Shown: positions 33,893 to 44,249 of the stretch, piece by piece
Layout of the letters: each line of letters opens with the position of its first letter
How positions within the stretch are numbered: position 1 is the first letter of the stretch
Program-made: the position numbers and the translations under genes
The notes under the pieces: generated by a model
Seen by the model: the letters and a program-made list of their open reading frames with translations, nothing else
Database searches by the model: none
What the model was told of the DNA's origin: nothing
Source of the DNA: an uncultured Gemmatimonadaceae bacterium
Lineage (GTDB): Bacteria; Gemmatimonadota; Gemmatimonadetes; Gemmatimonadales; Gemmatimonadaceae
Direction of reading: 5' to 3'
Assembly (NCBI GenBank): GCA_963829055.1
Contig: CAWHHI010000016.1
Span: forward strand, 160,001 to 224,000
Length of the DNA: 64,000 nucleotides

Positions 33893-34927
33893 ACGCCTCC
33901 CATTCGCATCGCTCTCGCAGGGTGTGGGCGCATCAGCCGCAATCACTTCGATGCCATCGCGAAGATCGATGGCCTCGAGCTCGCGGCTGTCTGCGACATC
34001 ATTCCGGAGCGCGCGCGCGAGGCAGCTGACCGCTATGGCGTGCCATGGTTCGAGTCAGTCGACGAGATGCTCGCCTCGGTTCGATGCGATGCCGTCGCAC
34101 TCTGCACGCCATCCGGGCTGCATCCGAAGAACGGCATCGTTGCGGCGAGGGCCGGGAAGCACGTCATCTGCGAGAAGCCAATGGCGATCTCGCTCGAGGG
34201 TGCGGATGCGCTGGTCCAGGAGTGCGACGCGGCGGGCGTCCAGCTGTTCGTCGTGAAGCAGAATCGATTGAATCCGTCGATTCAGCTGCTCAAGCGCGCG
34301 ATTGATCGCGGTCGATTCGGTCGGATCTATCTGGCCAACACGACCGTCCGGTGGACGCGCCCCCAGGAGTACTACGACCAGGCGCCGTGGCGCGGCACGT
34401 GGGAGTTCGATGGCGGCGCCATCATGAATCAGGCGTCGCACTACGTCGACCTGATTCAGTGGCTCGTTGGACCCGTCGAGAGTGTGACGGCGAAGACTGC
34501 CACGCTCGCGCGTCGGATCGAGGCTGAAGATACGGGCATCGCCGTACTGAAATTTCGGTCGGGCGCCCTCGGCGTCATCGAAGTCACAATGCTCACCTAC
34601 CCGCGAAACCTCGAAGGATCGATCACCATTCTCGGGGAGAAGGGCAGCGTGAAAGTCGGTGGCACTGCCGTGAATCGCGTCGAGCACTGGACGTTCGCGG
34701 ACTACGATGACGACGACAAGCTCGTGGACGCGGCGTCGACCAATCCTCCGACGGTGTACGGCTTCGGCCACGAGGGCTACTACCGGAACGTGCTTGCGGT
34801 GCTGCGCGGTCAGGCCAAGGCGGAAACCGATGGACGCGCGGGGCGCAAATCACTCGAGCTGATTCTCGGGATCTACGAATCCGCGAAGACGGGCCGCGAC
34901 GTTCCCATTCCTCTCGCGCGCCGCTGA
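33884..34927 (+). CDS. WbpB/WlbA-like Gfo/Idh/MocA oxidoreductase (UDP-GlcNAcA 3-dehydrogenase-like)
   Basis: GCGRIS, TPSGLH, CEKPMA, VKQNR and WRGTWEFDGGAIMNQASHYVD. Confidence 0.9.
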   Translation: MTETPPIRIALAGCGRISRNHFDAIAKIDGLELAAVCDIIPERAREAADRYGVPWFESVDEMLASVRCDAVALCTPSGLHPKNGIVAARAGKHVICEKPMAISLEGADALVQECDAAGVQLFVVKQNRLNPSIQLLKRAIDRGRFGRIYLANTTVRWTRPQEYYDQAPWRGTWEFDGGAIMNQASHYVDLIQWLVGPVESVTAKTATLARRIEAEDTGIAVLKFRSGALGVIEVTMLTYPRNLEGSITILGEKGSVKVGGTAVNRVEHWTFADYDDDDKLVDAASTNPPTVYGFGHEGYYRNVLAVLRGQAKAETDGRAGRKSLELILGIYESAKTGRDVPIPLARR

Positions 34928-34983
34928 TCGAGCCGTCAAACAGCGACGCGGCGCGCGCTCATTCTCTCTCGACTCCTCCAGTC

Positions 34984-36096
34984 ATGCCCGTTCCGTTACT
35001 CGATCTTCGTGCGCAGCACGCGACCATCAAGGACGACGTCGTGCGCGCCATGATGCGTGTTGTCGACGACCAGCTCTTCATCCTCGGCGAGCCGGTCGAA
35101 CGGCTCGAGAAAGCAGTCGCCGAGCTGTCGCGGACGAAATACGCGATCGGGTGCGCCAACGGCACTGACGCGATTCTGCTGGCGCTCCGCGCGCTGGATG
35201 TCGGCCGCGGCGACGAGGTCGTAACGACCCCGTTCACGTTCTTCGCGACAGCGGGCACGGTGCATAACGTGGGCGCCACGCCGGTGTTCGTGGACATCGA
35301 ACCGGACACGTTCAACATCTCGGCGGATGCCGTTGGCGCCGCGGTCGGTCCGAAGACGAAAGCGGTCATCCCGGTGGACCTGTTCGGCGCGATGGCGGCA
35401 ATCGAGCGTGTCGAAGCCGCGGCGCCCGGTATTCCGATCATTGAGGATGCCGCACAGTCCATCGGCGCCAAGCGTCGAATCGGCGACAGCTGGGTCATGG
35501 CTGGAGAGCGCGCCACGATCGGCACGCTCAGCTTTTTCCCGTCCAAGAACCTCGGCGCCTATGGCGACGCAGGGATGATGCTCACGCAGGACGAGGGCCT
35601 CGCCACGCGCCTCAAGCGGCTCCGGGTTCACGGCGGGGCGAAGACCTACTACCACGACGAAGTCGGCTACAATAGCCGCCTCGACGCGCTACAGGCCGCT
35701 GTGCTCCACGCGAAGCTGGCTCACCTCGAAGGGTGGAGCGCAAAGCGCCGGGCGAATGCCGCGTACTACGATAGCGCCTTCGCGGACCTGCCCGACGTCA
35801 AAACGCCATACGTCGAGCCCTGCAACGTCTCGATCTTCAACCAGTACACGATTCGCGTTGCGCGCCGAGATGCTCTTCAGTCCTTCCTGAAGGAACGGGG
35901 TATCGGGAACTCGATCTACTACCCCCTCCCGCTCCACCTGCAGCCATGTTTCGCGTACCTGGGCTACAAGGAAGGGAGCTGTCCGGAGTCTGAGCGCGCG
36001 GCGGGAGAGGTACTATCCTTGCCGATCTTCCCAGAGCTCGAACAATCCCAACTCGACGAAGTCATCGCTGCCGTACGCTCCTTCTACGGCCGTTGA
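34984..36096 (+). CDS. WbpE/WlbC-like DegT/DnrJ/EryC1/StrS aminotransferase
   Basis: CANGTDA, IEDAAQSIG, SFFPSKNLG, GYNSRLDALQA and LSLPIFPEL. Confidence 0.92.
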   Translation: MPVPLLDLRAQHATIKDDVVRAMMRVVDDQLFILGEPVERLEKAVAELSRTKYAIGCANGTDAILLALRALDVGRGDEVVTTPFTFFATAGTVHNVGATPVFVDIEPDTFNISADAVGAAVGPKTKAVIPVDLFGAMAAIERVEAAAPGIPIIEDAAQSIGAKRRIGDSWVMAGERATIGTLSFFPSKNLGAYGDAGMMLTQDEGLATRLKRLRVHGGAKTYYHDEVGYNSRLDALQAAVLHAKLAHLEGWSAKRRANAAYYDSAFADLPDVKTPYVEPCNVSIFNQYTIRVARRDALQSFLKERGIGNSIYYPLPLHLQPCFAYLGYKEGSCPESERAAGEVLSLPIFPELEQSQLDEVIAAVRSFYGR

Positions 36097-36133
36097 CGCG
36101 TCGCGTCATCCGATCGTTCAATTATTGACTGTG

Positions 36134-37532
36134 ATGAAAGCAGAACTCCTTTCCCGAATTCAGGACCGCAGCGCCACCGTCGGCGTCGTGGGGCTCGGCT
36201 ACGTCGGCTTGCCGCTCGCAATGGAATTCGCGAAGGCGGGTTTCCACGTCATCGGCTACGACGTCAGCGACCGTGTGTGCAAGCTGCTCATGAGTGGCCA
36301 GTCGCACATCCAGGACGTTCCCGCGGCCGAAGTCGCCTCAATGCTCAAGAACGGGCTCTTCGAGGCGACGACCGACGAAAGCGCGCTAGGCCGTTGCGAC
36401 GCGATCTCGATTGCGGTCCCGACGCCGCTCAGCAAGACGCGCGACCCGGACATGAAGTACGTTCAGGCCGCTACCGAGGCGATCGCTCGCAATGCGCACC
36501 CTGGGATGCTCGCCGTGCTCGAGAGCACGACGTACCCCGGTACGACGCGCGAAGTCATGCAGCCCAAGCTCGAAGAGCGCGGGCTCACGGTGGGGAAGGA
36601 CGTCTTCCTCGCGTTCAGCCCCGAGCGCGTCGATCCGGGCAATCCGAAGTACCACACGAAGAACACGCCCAAGGTCGTCGGCGGCATCACGGCCGCGTGC
36701 ACTGAGGTGGCGGTGGCGCTCTACTCGTCGTGCATCGACACGGTGGTGCCAGTGTCGACGACCGAGGCGGCGGAGCTCGTGAAGCTGCTCGAGAACACGT
36801 TCCGGTCGGTGAACATCGGCCTCGTGAACGAGATGGCGATCATCTGCGAGAAGCTGCACGTCAACGTCTGGGAAGTCATCGAGGCGGCCGCGACGAAGCC
36901 ATTCGGCTTCATGAAGTTCACGCCGGGCCCCGGCATCGGCGGCCACTGCATTCCGCTCGATCCGCACTACCTCGCGTGGAAGATGCGCACCCTGAACTAC
37001 AAGACGCGCTTCATCGACCTGGCGAGCGAGATCAACAGCGAGATGCCGGCGCTCGTCGTCGACAAGGTCTCGGTTGCGCTCAACGATGACAGAAAGGCGG
37101 TCAACGGCAGCCGCATCATCGTCGTCGGCGTCGCGTACAAAAAGGACATCGACGACATCCGCGAGAGCCCTGCGCTCGACGTGATCCGCCTGCTCGAGGA
37201 GCGCGGTGCTGAAGTCGTCCATCACGACCCGTTCATCCCGCGGTTTCGTGACGGAGGTCACGATGGTGGAGGGGAGCACAAAGAGCGCATCGGCGTGCGA
37301 TCTGAGCGCCGCGGAGTTAGGCAGGGCGGACGCGGTCGTTATCGTCACGGACCACTCGCAGATCGACTACCAGCAGATCGTCGATGACGCGAACCTCGTG
37401 ATCGATACGCGCAACGCGACTGCGCACGCGAGTCGCGGGCGGGCGCGAGTCGTTTCGCTCGCCGCTGACCCCAAGCCCGCGGCGACGGCGTCGCTCGGCA
37501 CGCAGTCTCGGAAGAAGACCGCGATGACCTGA
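36134..37532 (+). CDS. WbpA-like UDP-GlcNAc 6-dehydrogenase (frameshift near 37250)
   Basis: GLGYVGLPLA, ESTTYPGTT, SPERVDPGN and PGPGIGGHCIPLDP. The C-terminus ADAVVIVTDH..VIDTRN lies in ORF 37206-37532. Confidence 0.88.
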
Positions 37533-37564
37533 TCGACCGGTCCTTTCGCCGGCAACGGACTAGC

Positions 37565-37601
37565 AGCGCCCGGCCGCCAATCTGGCGACCGGGCGCTTTT
37601 T
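37565..37601 (+). terminator. Intrinsic terminator after the wbp-like genes
   Basis: AGCGCCCGGCCGCCA-ATC-TGGCGACCGGGCGCT followed by TTTT. Confidence 0.8.
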
Positions 37602-37741
37602 CGTGTCCGTCGGTCTCGACCGTGGCCCAACGCTTGCTTTCTGACGGTTGGCCAATGGCGTGGCAGAGGCGTCGTCTCGCCGTGGGCTCGCCGTGATGAC
37701 TCGCGGGGGTTGAGGGGCGACCGCTCCGATCTCCGCGAATC

Positions 37742-39517
37742 ATGGTGCGCGCCACCTCTCACCGTGCGCCTTCCCTGCGAACACGTCCGATTCAGATCCT
37801 TCGTTCCGCGGCGACCAGCTGTGCGTTCCCGCTCGCCTGCTGGCAGACGATTGAGCGCCTTGCGATCGCGTTCATAGCGACGCTCTTATCGTTGGCGGCG
37901 GGCGGCAACGCCGCTGCGCAGGGGCAGCCGCACTCGCTGACGACGCTGCCGATCGGCGACGCCGCGTACGCGCAGTTGGCCGCGCTCGAACGCAGCGGGT
38001 GCAGGCCGGCACGCGTCTCGCCGCATCGCCCGTTCATGGTCCGCGACGTCCAGCGAGCGGTCGCGCGGTTTGCGTCCAACCCGCAATGCGGTGGTCCGGT
38101 CGCGGTGTCACTCGCGACTCGGTTTCTGGCGGCACGCAAGCCGACGCCGCCAGGCGAGGTCGCTTCGGATCTGGCGGCGGCCGTCCGCGAATCGGAGCCC
38201 GACTCGTTGGACACGTTTCGCTTCGGCGGGCGAGCGACGATTCGTGGCACGGCGCTCGCCCGCGGCGAGTTCGAGCCGCTGTGGGCCGGCGTTAGGCCGA
38301 GCGACGAGGGGACACCGCCGGTAGTCGCTGAGGGCCGCGCGCGACTTGGCTGGTCGTCGTCGCCGCACCTCGTTGTCGTCGGTGAGTTGTATGGGCAGAC
38401 CTCGCGCCGGAATGATCCCACCGTTCGACAGCGTGCGTTCCGCAACACGTCGGGCGTCGTCGATTTCGGCGAGACCTACGCGAACGCGTCGTTAGGCAGG
38501 CTGGACGTCTCGTTCGGCCGGAGCTGGGCGTCGTGGATGGGCGAGGACACCGAGTCGATCGCGCTGTCGGCGAATGGTCCGCTCGTGGACCGGCTCGAGC
38601 TCGGCCTTCGATGGCGCGTCGCTGAAGTGCGGGCGATTGTCGCGTCAGTCAACGACGTGACAATGACGCCGGAGCTCGACAGCCTTGCCGCGGACACGCC
38701 CGAGACCCGTTTTCATCGCTGGCTCTACGGCCACGTCCTCACCATCAAACCGAACGATCGTCTTGAGTTCACGATCGGCGAAACGATATTGTCGTCACGT
38801 ACGACGGGCGGGCTCGACCTCGCGTACGCGAATCCCGTCATGGCGTATGTCATCACCCAGAACGACACAGGCCGCGTCGGTTCCGATACACGCGACAACC
38901 TCGTCGTCTTCGGCGGCGCTCGCGTTGCGCTCGGCCGCGGTCACATCGGCGCCGAGCTGACGGTGGATGACATCCAGATCGATGCCGAGGACCGGGAGAC
39001 TACAGCGGATCAGCTCGCATGGCGAGTCTATGGCGCCCTGCCGATCCCTGTTGGTACGAACTCGGGTGCGAAGGTCGAATACCGCCGCGTCGACAGCTAC
39101 GCTTACCTTCGGGACTTCTACACCGACGTGTACCAGCAGTACGATAAACCGCTGGGCTCAGTGCTCGGTCCTGGCGCGGACCTCATCCGCGCCGTGGGTG
39201 AGACGTGGATCGGTGGCGATGTGCGAGTCGCTGCCGGCATTGGGCACTGGCGTCAGGGAGGACTGCGGATCGACCAACGGCCAGCCCAAGGACCGAATGG
39301 CAACGCAAACAAGCCTTTCCCGGCCGTCACGAGCACCCGTCCAGAAGTTCAGTCCGCTCTCCTGGCGGACCTGCAAGCGCAACGGCTCAATCTTCGCGTC
39401 CCGATCTCAGTGCAACTCCAGCTCGCGCGCATCGAGAACGCGGCGAACGTGTCTGCCGCCGCGGCCCTATATGTGCGAGCAGTCATCAGCGGTTCCTATG
39501 CGTTCCGATATCCCTGA
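37742..39517 (+). CDS. Capsule assembly Wzi-family outer-membrane beta-barrel protein
   Basis: SFGRSWASW..ESIALS, HRWLYGH..LEFTIGETI, YANP, DNL..ELTVDD and PLGSVLGPGAD; terminal YAFRYP; lies upstream of wza-wzc. Start uncertain. Confidence 0.7.
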   Translation: MVRATSHRAPSLRTRPIQILRSAATSCAFPLACWQTIERLAIAFIATLLSLAAGGNAAAQGQPHSLTTLPIGDAAYAQLAALERSGCRPARVSPHRPFMVRDVQRAVARFASNPQCGGPVAVSLATRFLAARKPTPPGEVASDLAAAVRESEPDSLDTFRFGGRATIRGTALARGEFEPLWAGVRPSDEGTPPVVAEGRARLGWSSSPHLVVVGELYGQTSRRNDPTVRQRAFRNTSGVVDFGETYANASLGRLDVSFGRSWASWMGEDTESIALSANGPLVDRLELGLRWRVAEVRAIVASVNDVTMTPELDSLAADTPETRFHRWLYGHVLTIKPNDRLEFTIGETILSSRTTGGLDLAYANPVMAYVITQNDTGRVGSDTRDNLVVFGGARVALGRGHIGAELTVDDIQIDAEDRETTADQLAWRVYGALPIPVGTNSGAKVEYRRVDSYAYLRDFYTDVYQQYDKPLGSVLGPGADLIRAVGETWIGGDVRVAAGIGHWRQGGLRIDQRPAQGPNGNANKPFPAVTSTRPEVQSALLADLQAQRLNLRVPISVQLQLARIENAANVSAAAALYVRAVISGSYAFRYP

Positions 39518-40252
39518 CGCTTCGCGTGGTCGGCCACACACGTACGCCCGAGGGCGTGCTCGCCAATCGAGAGCACGCATCGCGTGCATCACGTCGTGTG
39601 TCTTCGCGGTACTGGCGATGGCGGCGGCGCCGACACGCGCGCAGACGGTCCTGCCGCTGCCGGCCCCGCAGGACACAGGGACGGCTCCCCGAAACGTGGG
39701 TGCGCTCCGTCCCGGTGACGTCCTCAAGATCGCGGTCTTCCGCGACAAGGAGCTCACGGGCGATTATCCGATCGATGCGCGCGGCTATGTGCAGATTCCG
39801 GGACTCGGCGTGATCAAGGCGGCGGGTCTCGATCCGACCGAAGTCACCGATCGATTGCGGCTCGCGCTCATCGAGCGCGGATTCGCTCGCCCGGAGATCT
39901 CGGTGCAGCCGCTGATCCGCGTCTCGGTGTTAGGCGAGGTGCGTTCGCCGAACGTCTACCCGGTCGATCCGGGAACCAGCCTGCTGCAACTCCTCACCGT
40001 GGCAGGCGGACCCACGGACCGCGCGAAGCTCCAGGACACGCGCGTCATTCGCGACGGTCGCGCATTCAAGATCGACATGGACGGCGGTCTTCACGGGAGT
40101 CCCGCCGGGCGCGTGGTGCTCTATTCCAACGACGTTGTCGTCGTCGGGCGAAAGAGAGGGTTGACGAGCGAGAACCTCGGGCTTAGCGCTGACGGGTGCA
40201 TCCTTCATTCTCGTCGTGCTCAACATTGGCTTTCCTGGTGCGTCACAATTGA
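39498..40252 (+). CDS. wza: Polysaccharide export protein (Wza/SLBB family); C-terminus probably disrupted by indels
   Basis: LRPGDVLKIAVFRDKELTGDYPIDARGYVQIPGLG and VSVLGEVRSPNVY..LLTVAGG. The hydrophobic tail LALTGASFILVVLNIG is in a shifted frame. Confidence 0.8.
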
Positions 40253-42681
40253 GAGCTCCCTATCTTGCCCCGGTCGCGAACGGTGACGATGCGCCGGTGG
40301 GCGGCGATGCCTTCTCGGTGCGCGACGTGCTGCTCGCCGTGCGCCGTCGCTGGTGGGCGGTCCCCATCGTGTTCGTGCTGTTCGTGTCGTTCGGTATCTG
40401 GCGAACGATGCGCGAACCGCACATTTACCGCGCGGCGACTACCGTCCGCATCGAGAACGCGACGTCGCCTATTGCGGGCGTACAGACGAGCGCGCCGACC
40501 TACGACTATCGGATCGATCCGATGGTGTCGGAGCAACAGGTCATCAAGAGCCGGATGGTTGCCGAGCGTGTCGTCAACGCGCTCGGCCTGCGTCTCCGCG
40601 TGGTCGAACCGTCGGGCCTCGAGCGCGCCGATCTGTTCGGTGGGGTGCCGCCACTCGTGGATTCCACCGCACCTCCGGGCGACCTCAGGCTCACGTTAGG
40701 CGCGACGACGTACTCGCTGAGCACCGGCGGCATCAAGTACGCCACCGCGACGTACGGTCGAGCGGTCGCCGGCGGCGGCGTGAGATTCGTCGTGCCGGAG
40801 CGGCCGCCGGTCCGCGAGCAGAGCGTCCTGCTCGAGATACTTCCGCTCGCGGCGGCCGCGGCCGAGCTGCGCGGTTCGATCGCGACGAAGGTCCTGCCGC
40901 AGACGAACATCGTCGAGATCTCGTATGTCGGCACCGAGCCCGCACTCGTCCGCGACGTGACGAACGCCGTCGCCCGCGAGTATGCCGCCGTTTCCAGCGA
41001 AATGCAGCGCGCGAATGCGCGTGCAAGGAGTCAGTTCATCGCGTCGTCGCTGCGTGATCAACGTCTGCGGCTGGACTCGGCCCAGGACGCACTCAAGAAC
41101 TTCAAGGAGCGCGAGCAGATCGGCGATGTGAACTCCGAGCAGGCGGCGCTCGCCCAAAGCATCCATCGGATGGAAGAGGCGAAGCAGTCGGGCCTCGTCG
41201 AGCAGCAGATCTATTACACGCTCGTGGGCAAGCTCACGGCGGCGGACACGGCTGACGAAGAGCTTCGCCGTCTCGTGGGCACCGAGGCCGTCGAGAAGAA
41301 TCGCTACATCGCGAACCTTTACGACCGCTGGTTCAGCCTCGTGAAGGAGCGCGAAACGCTCTATGCGCGCGGTCGGACGGAGAAGAACGAGGACGTGAAG
41401 GCAGTGCAGCGTTTGATCAGCCGGACGAAGGAAGACGTCCAGAGCGCGAGCCAACTCTATCTGCTGGCGCTGCAGTCGCGCCTCGGCTCGCTCGACAAGT
41501 CGATCGCGAACCTTCGCGTGCAGACGGAGAAATATCCGAAGCTCGAAGCCGAGCAGACGCGGCTCTCGGCGACGATGGGGACGATGCAGCGAACGTTCGA
41601 CAACCTCCAGTCCGAGTTCCAGCTCGCGCGGATCTCCGAGTCGGTGGACGCCGGTCGCGTGCAGTCCATCGACGAAGCCACGCTCCCCACGTTTGCCGTC
41701 TCGCCCAACCGTAAGCGCGCGATCACGTACTCCGCGCTCGTGGGCCTGCTTCTCGGGTTCGCGCTGGCGTTCGCGCTCGACCGGCTCGACGACTCCGTCA
41801 AATCGCCGGACGAGTTGCGAGAGCAGATGGATCTTCCGATGCTCGGCTTGATTCCGGCGATCCGTGCGGAGCGAGGCAGTCGCCGGACGGCCGACTCGAC
41901 GGCCGGCCGACTGATCACACATGCCGACCCGCGATCGCCGGTAGCCGAGGCGTACCGTTCCATGCGAACGAACCTGGCGTTCGCGCGCGCGCAGCAGTCG
42001 CCGCAGGCAATCGTGGTGGCGAGTCCTGGACCGTCCGATGGCAAGTCGACCACCGTCGCAAACCTCGCCATCACGTTCGCTCAGCAGGGCCAGCGTACGC
42101 TGTTGATCGACGCGGACCTGAGGCGCGCGGTGCTCGACAAGGCGTTCTCGATTCCGCGTTCGCCGGGGCTCACCGAAGTCATCATCGGGGAAGCGTCGCT
42201 CGAGGACGCGGTGCACGAGACGGCGGTGCCGAACCTGTCGCTCGTTGCCAGCGGTCGTTTCCCGCCGAACCCGGCCGAGCTGCTCGGCTCGGTGCGCATG
42301 CAGGAAATACTGCACGAAGCCAAAGCACAGTTTGACGTCGTGCTGCTGGACTCGCCGCCGCTCCTGGCGGTGACCGATGCCGCGGTGCTCGCTACGATGG
42401 TCGATGGCGTCGTGCTCGTAGTTCGCACGGAGCGTACGAAGCGTGATGCGGTGCGGCGGGCGCTCGGACACATCCACTCGGTCCGCGGGCGCTTGTTAGG
42501 CGCCGTGCTGAACGACGTGGATCTTCGAAGCGGCGCGTACTATGGCAGCTATGGGCACTACTATTACTCGTATTACGGTACCGATCGCCGTGCCAGCAAC
42601 GGAGGTGGTGCGGTGCGGCGACTGCGCCAGCTCGTCGGGCGCGGCGCGTCCAACAACGGCGAGAGCGACGAAGGCGCGTGA
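40249..42681 (+). CDS. wzc: Polysaccharide co-polymerase / BY-kinase
   Basis: Two TM segments with a coiled-coil periplasmic domain; EAYRSMRTNL, Walker A SPGPSDGKST, LLIDADLRR, DSPP and Tyr cluster YYGSYGHYYYSYY. Start uncertain. Confidence 0.92.
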   Translation: MRAPYLAPVANGDDAPVGGDAFSVRDVLLAVRRRWWAVPIVFVLFVSFGIWRTMREPHIYRAATTVRIENATSPIAGVQTSAPTYDYRIDPMVSEQQVIKSRMVAERVVNALGLRLRVVEPSGLERADLFGGVPPLVDSTAPPGDLRLTLGATTYSLSTGGIKYATATYGRAVAGGGVRFVVPERPPVREQSVLLEILPLAAAAAELRGSIATKVLPQTNIVEISYVGTEPALVRDVTNAVAREYAAVSSEMQRANARARSQFIASSLRDQRLRLDSAQDALKNFKEREQIGDVNSEQAALAQSIHRMEEAKQSGLVEQQIYYTLVGKLTAADTADEELRRLVGTEAVEKNRYIANLYDRWFSLVKERETLYARGRTEKNEDVKAVQRLISRTKEDVQSASQLYLLALQSRLGSLDKSIANLRVQTEKYPKLEAEQTRLSATMGTMQRTFDNLQSEFQLARISESVDAGRVQSIDEATLPTFAVSPNRKRAITYSALVGLLLGFALAFALDRLDDSVKSPDELREQMDLPMLGLIPAIRAERGSRRTADSTAGRLITHADPRSPVAEAYRSMRTNLAFARAQQSPQAIVVASPGPSDGKSTTVANLAITFAQQGQRTLLIDADLRRAVLDKAFSIPRSPGLTEVIIGEASLEDAVHETAVPNLSLVASGRFPPNPAELLGSVRMQEILHEAKAQFDVVLLDSPPLLAVTDAAVLATMVDGVVLVVRTERTKRDAVRRALGHIHSVRGRLLGAVLNDVDLRSGAYYGSYGHYYYSYYGTDRRASNGGGAVRRLRQLVGRGASNNGESDEGA

Positions 42682-44249
42682 GCAGCGCTGTGGAGGACGG
42701 ACACGTGGCGGCGATCTCGTTCGACGTGCGCGATGCGGTTTCGCTCGCGATCAGGCTCGCGCTTGGGAAGCCTCGGCTCGAGGACTGCTACGCCAACTGG
42801 GCCCTGGTGTTCGACGCGGCGTCGCGCGAGTTGCTCGCGCCGCTCGCGTGGATTCGGTCGGGTCAGTTCATTCGTCGGTTCGCCGGTCCGGTTGTGACGG
42901 ATCGGTGGCGTCGTGCGGCGGTGGCGACGCACGTCCGGGGACAGCAGCAGCTCGACCTGCTACGGGTTGCCATGGATGCGCTCAGAGCCGCGGGGGTCGA
43001 AGGCATCGCGCTCAAGGGGTTACCGTTAGGCCAACGGCTCTACGGTGATCCGTTCGTCCGCTGCTCGGCGGACATCGACCTGTATGTCCCCGCGGTACAG
43101 CGGGCACGCGCGAGCGCTGCGCTCGAGTCCATCGGCTGGCGGAGCGACGACGGGCAGGCGCCCTGGCACGAGGCGTGGTCGATCTGGCGCGCGGACGTCG
43201 CGTATCATCTCGAGCTGCACTCGTCGCTCGTATCCGATCATCTGTTCCACTTGGAGCCGCCGGCGCCGGGGTCCACCACCGTGTATGTCGCCGGTGTGCC
43301 GGTGCGCGCGCACGCCGGTGATTTTGTTGCGCCGTACCTGGCGGTCCATCTCGCGACGCACCAGATGCCTCCACTGCTGTGGTTCGTGGATTTCGCGAGC
43401 CTCTGGAGCTCGCTCTCCGCGGTGGAGCGCGTTCGCGCCGAAGGCGCTGCGCTCGAGGCGGGCGTGTCTCGCTACCTCGCCTGGGCCCGCGACCGAGCGG
43501 TCCTGGTCGACCGTCTCGCCGCTGGCGACCGGGAGACGTTAGGCGCGCTCGGCGTCACGAGCGACCGGCGCCGCGACATCCACTCCATCTGGCGGCACCT
43601 CGCGCTCGCGGCTACCGTGGCCGACCGCGTTCACGTGATGGCCGCGTTTCTGATTCCTCGTCGTGTTCGCGGCGATATCGGAGCGTTTGCGCGATACACG
43701 CTGGCGCGACTTCGCACTCGACTTCGGTCGCTCGCCGGAATGTCTCGCGACTACGCGTCGTCGGACGACAGCGCCCAGCCCGTCGAGTCGCAACTGGAGG
43801 TTTCACCAGGGTCCGCGCGCGCACTTCGGATGGAGCGGAGCGACATGGTGGCGCTCGCGACCGACGTTACGCGCGCGGGTGGCGCGCTGCGAGTTCGCGC
43901 GCGGGGCGGAAGTATGCTGCCGACGATTCCGCGAGGGGCGCTCGTCCGGATCGGCGGCGTACCGCCCGCCGGGGTGCTGCGTGGCGATGTGGTGTTGGCC
44001 CTGACGACCGACGGTGAGCCGGTTCTCCATCGCGCCGTGGAGGTTCGGCCCGACGCGATCGTGACCCGCGGTGACGCGGCCATCTACGTCGACGCCGCCA
44101 TTCCGCTCACGCGAGTAATCGGGGTGGCCACGCATGTCACTGAGGCCGGCGTCGAGCGCCAGCTGGGCCGTCGACCGCAGCGGTCGCTTGCGGTTTCCGC
44201 GCTCAAGCTTCGCCGGCGCCTTGCACGGGTGGTGCGTCGTGATCGCTGA
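42678..44249 (+). CDS. Nucleotidyltransferase (NTP_transf_5-like) fused to a C-terminal S24/S26-family peptidase
   Basis: N-domain LKGLPLGQRLYGDPFVRCSADIDLYV...LELH; C-domain RARGGSMLPTI...GDVVL...VLHRAV...TRGDA. Confidence 0.8.
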   Translation: MSSAVEDGHVAAISFDVRDAVSLAIRLALGKPRLEDCYANWALVFDAASRELLAPLAWIRSGQFIRRFAGPVVTDRWRRAAVATHVRGQQQLDLLRVAMDALRAAGVEGIALKGLPLGQRLYGDPFVRCSADIDLYVPAVQRARASAALESIGWRSDDGQAPWHEAWSIWRADVAYHLELHSSLVSDHLFHLEPPAPGSTTVYVAGVPVRAHAGDFVAPYLAVHLATHQMPPLLWFVDFASLWSSLSAVERVRAEGAALEAGVSRYLAWARDRAVLVDRLAAGDRETLGALGVTSDRRRDIHSIWRHLALAATVADRVHVMAAFLIPRRVRGDIGAFARYTLARLRTRLRSLAGMSRDYASSDDSAQPVESQLEVSPGSARALRMERSDMVALATDVTRAGGALRVRARGGSMLPTIPRGALVRIGGVPPAGVLRGDVVLALTTDGEPVLHRAVEVRPDAIVTRGDAAIYVDAAIPLTRVIGVATHVTEAGVERQLGRRPQRSLAVSALKLRRRLARVVRRDR

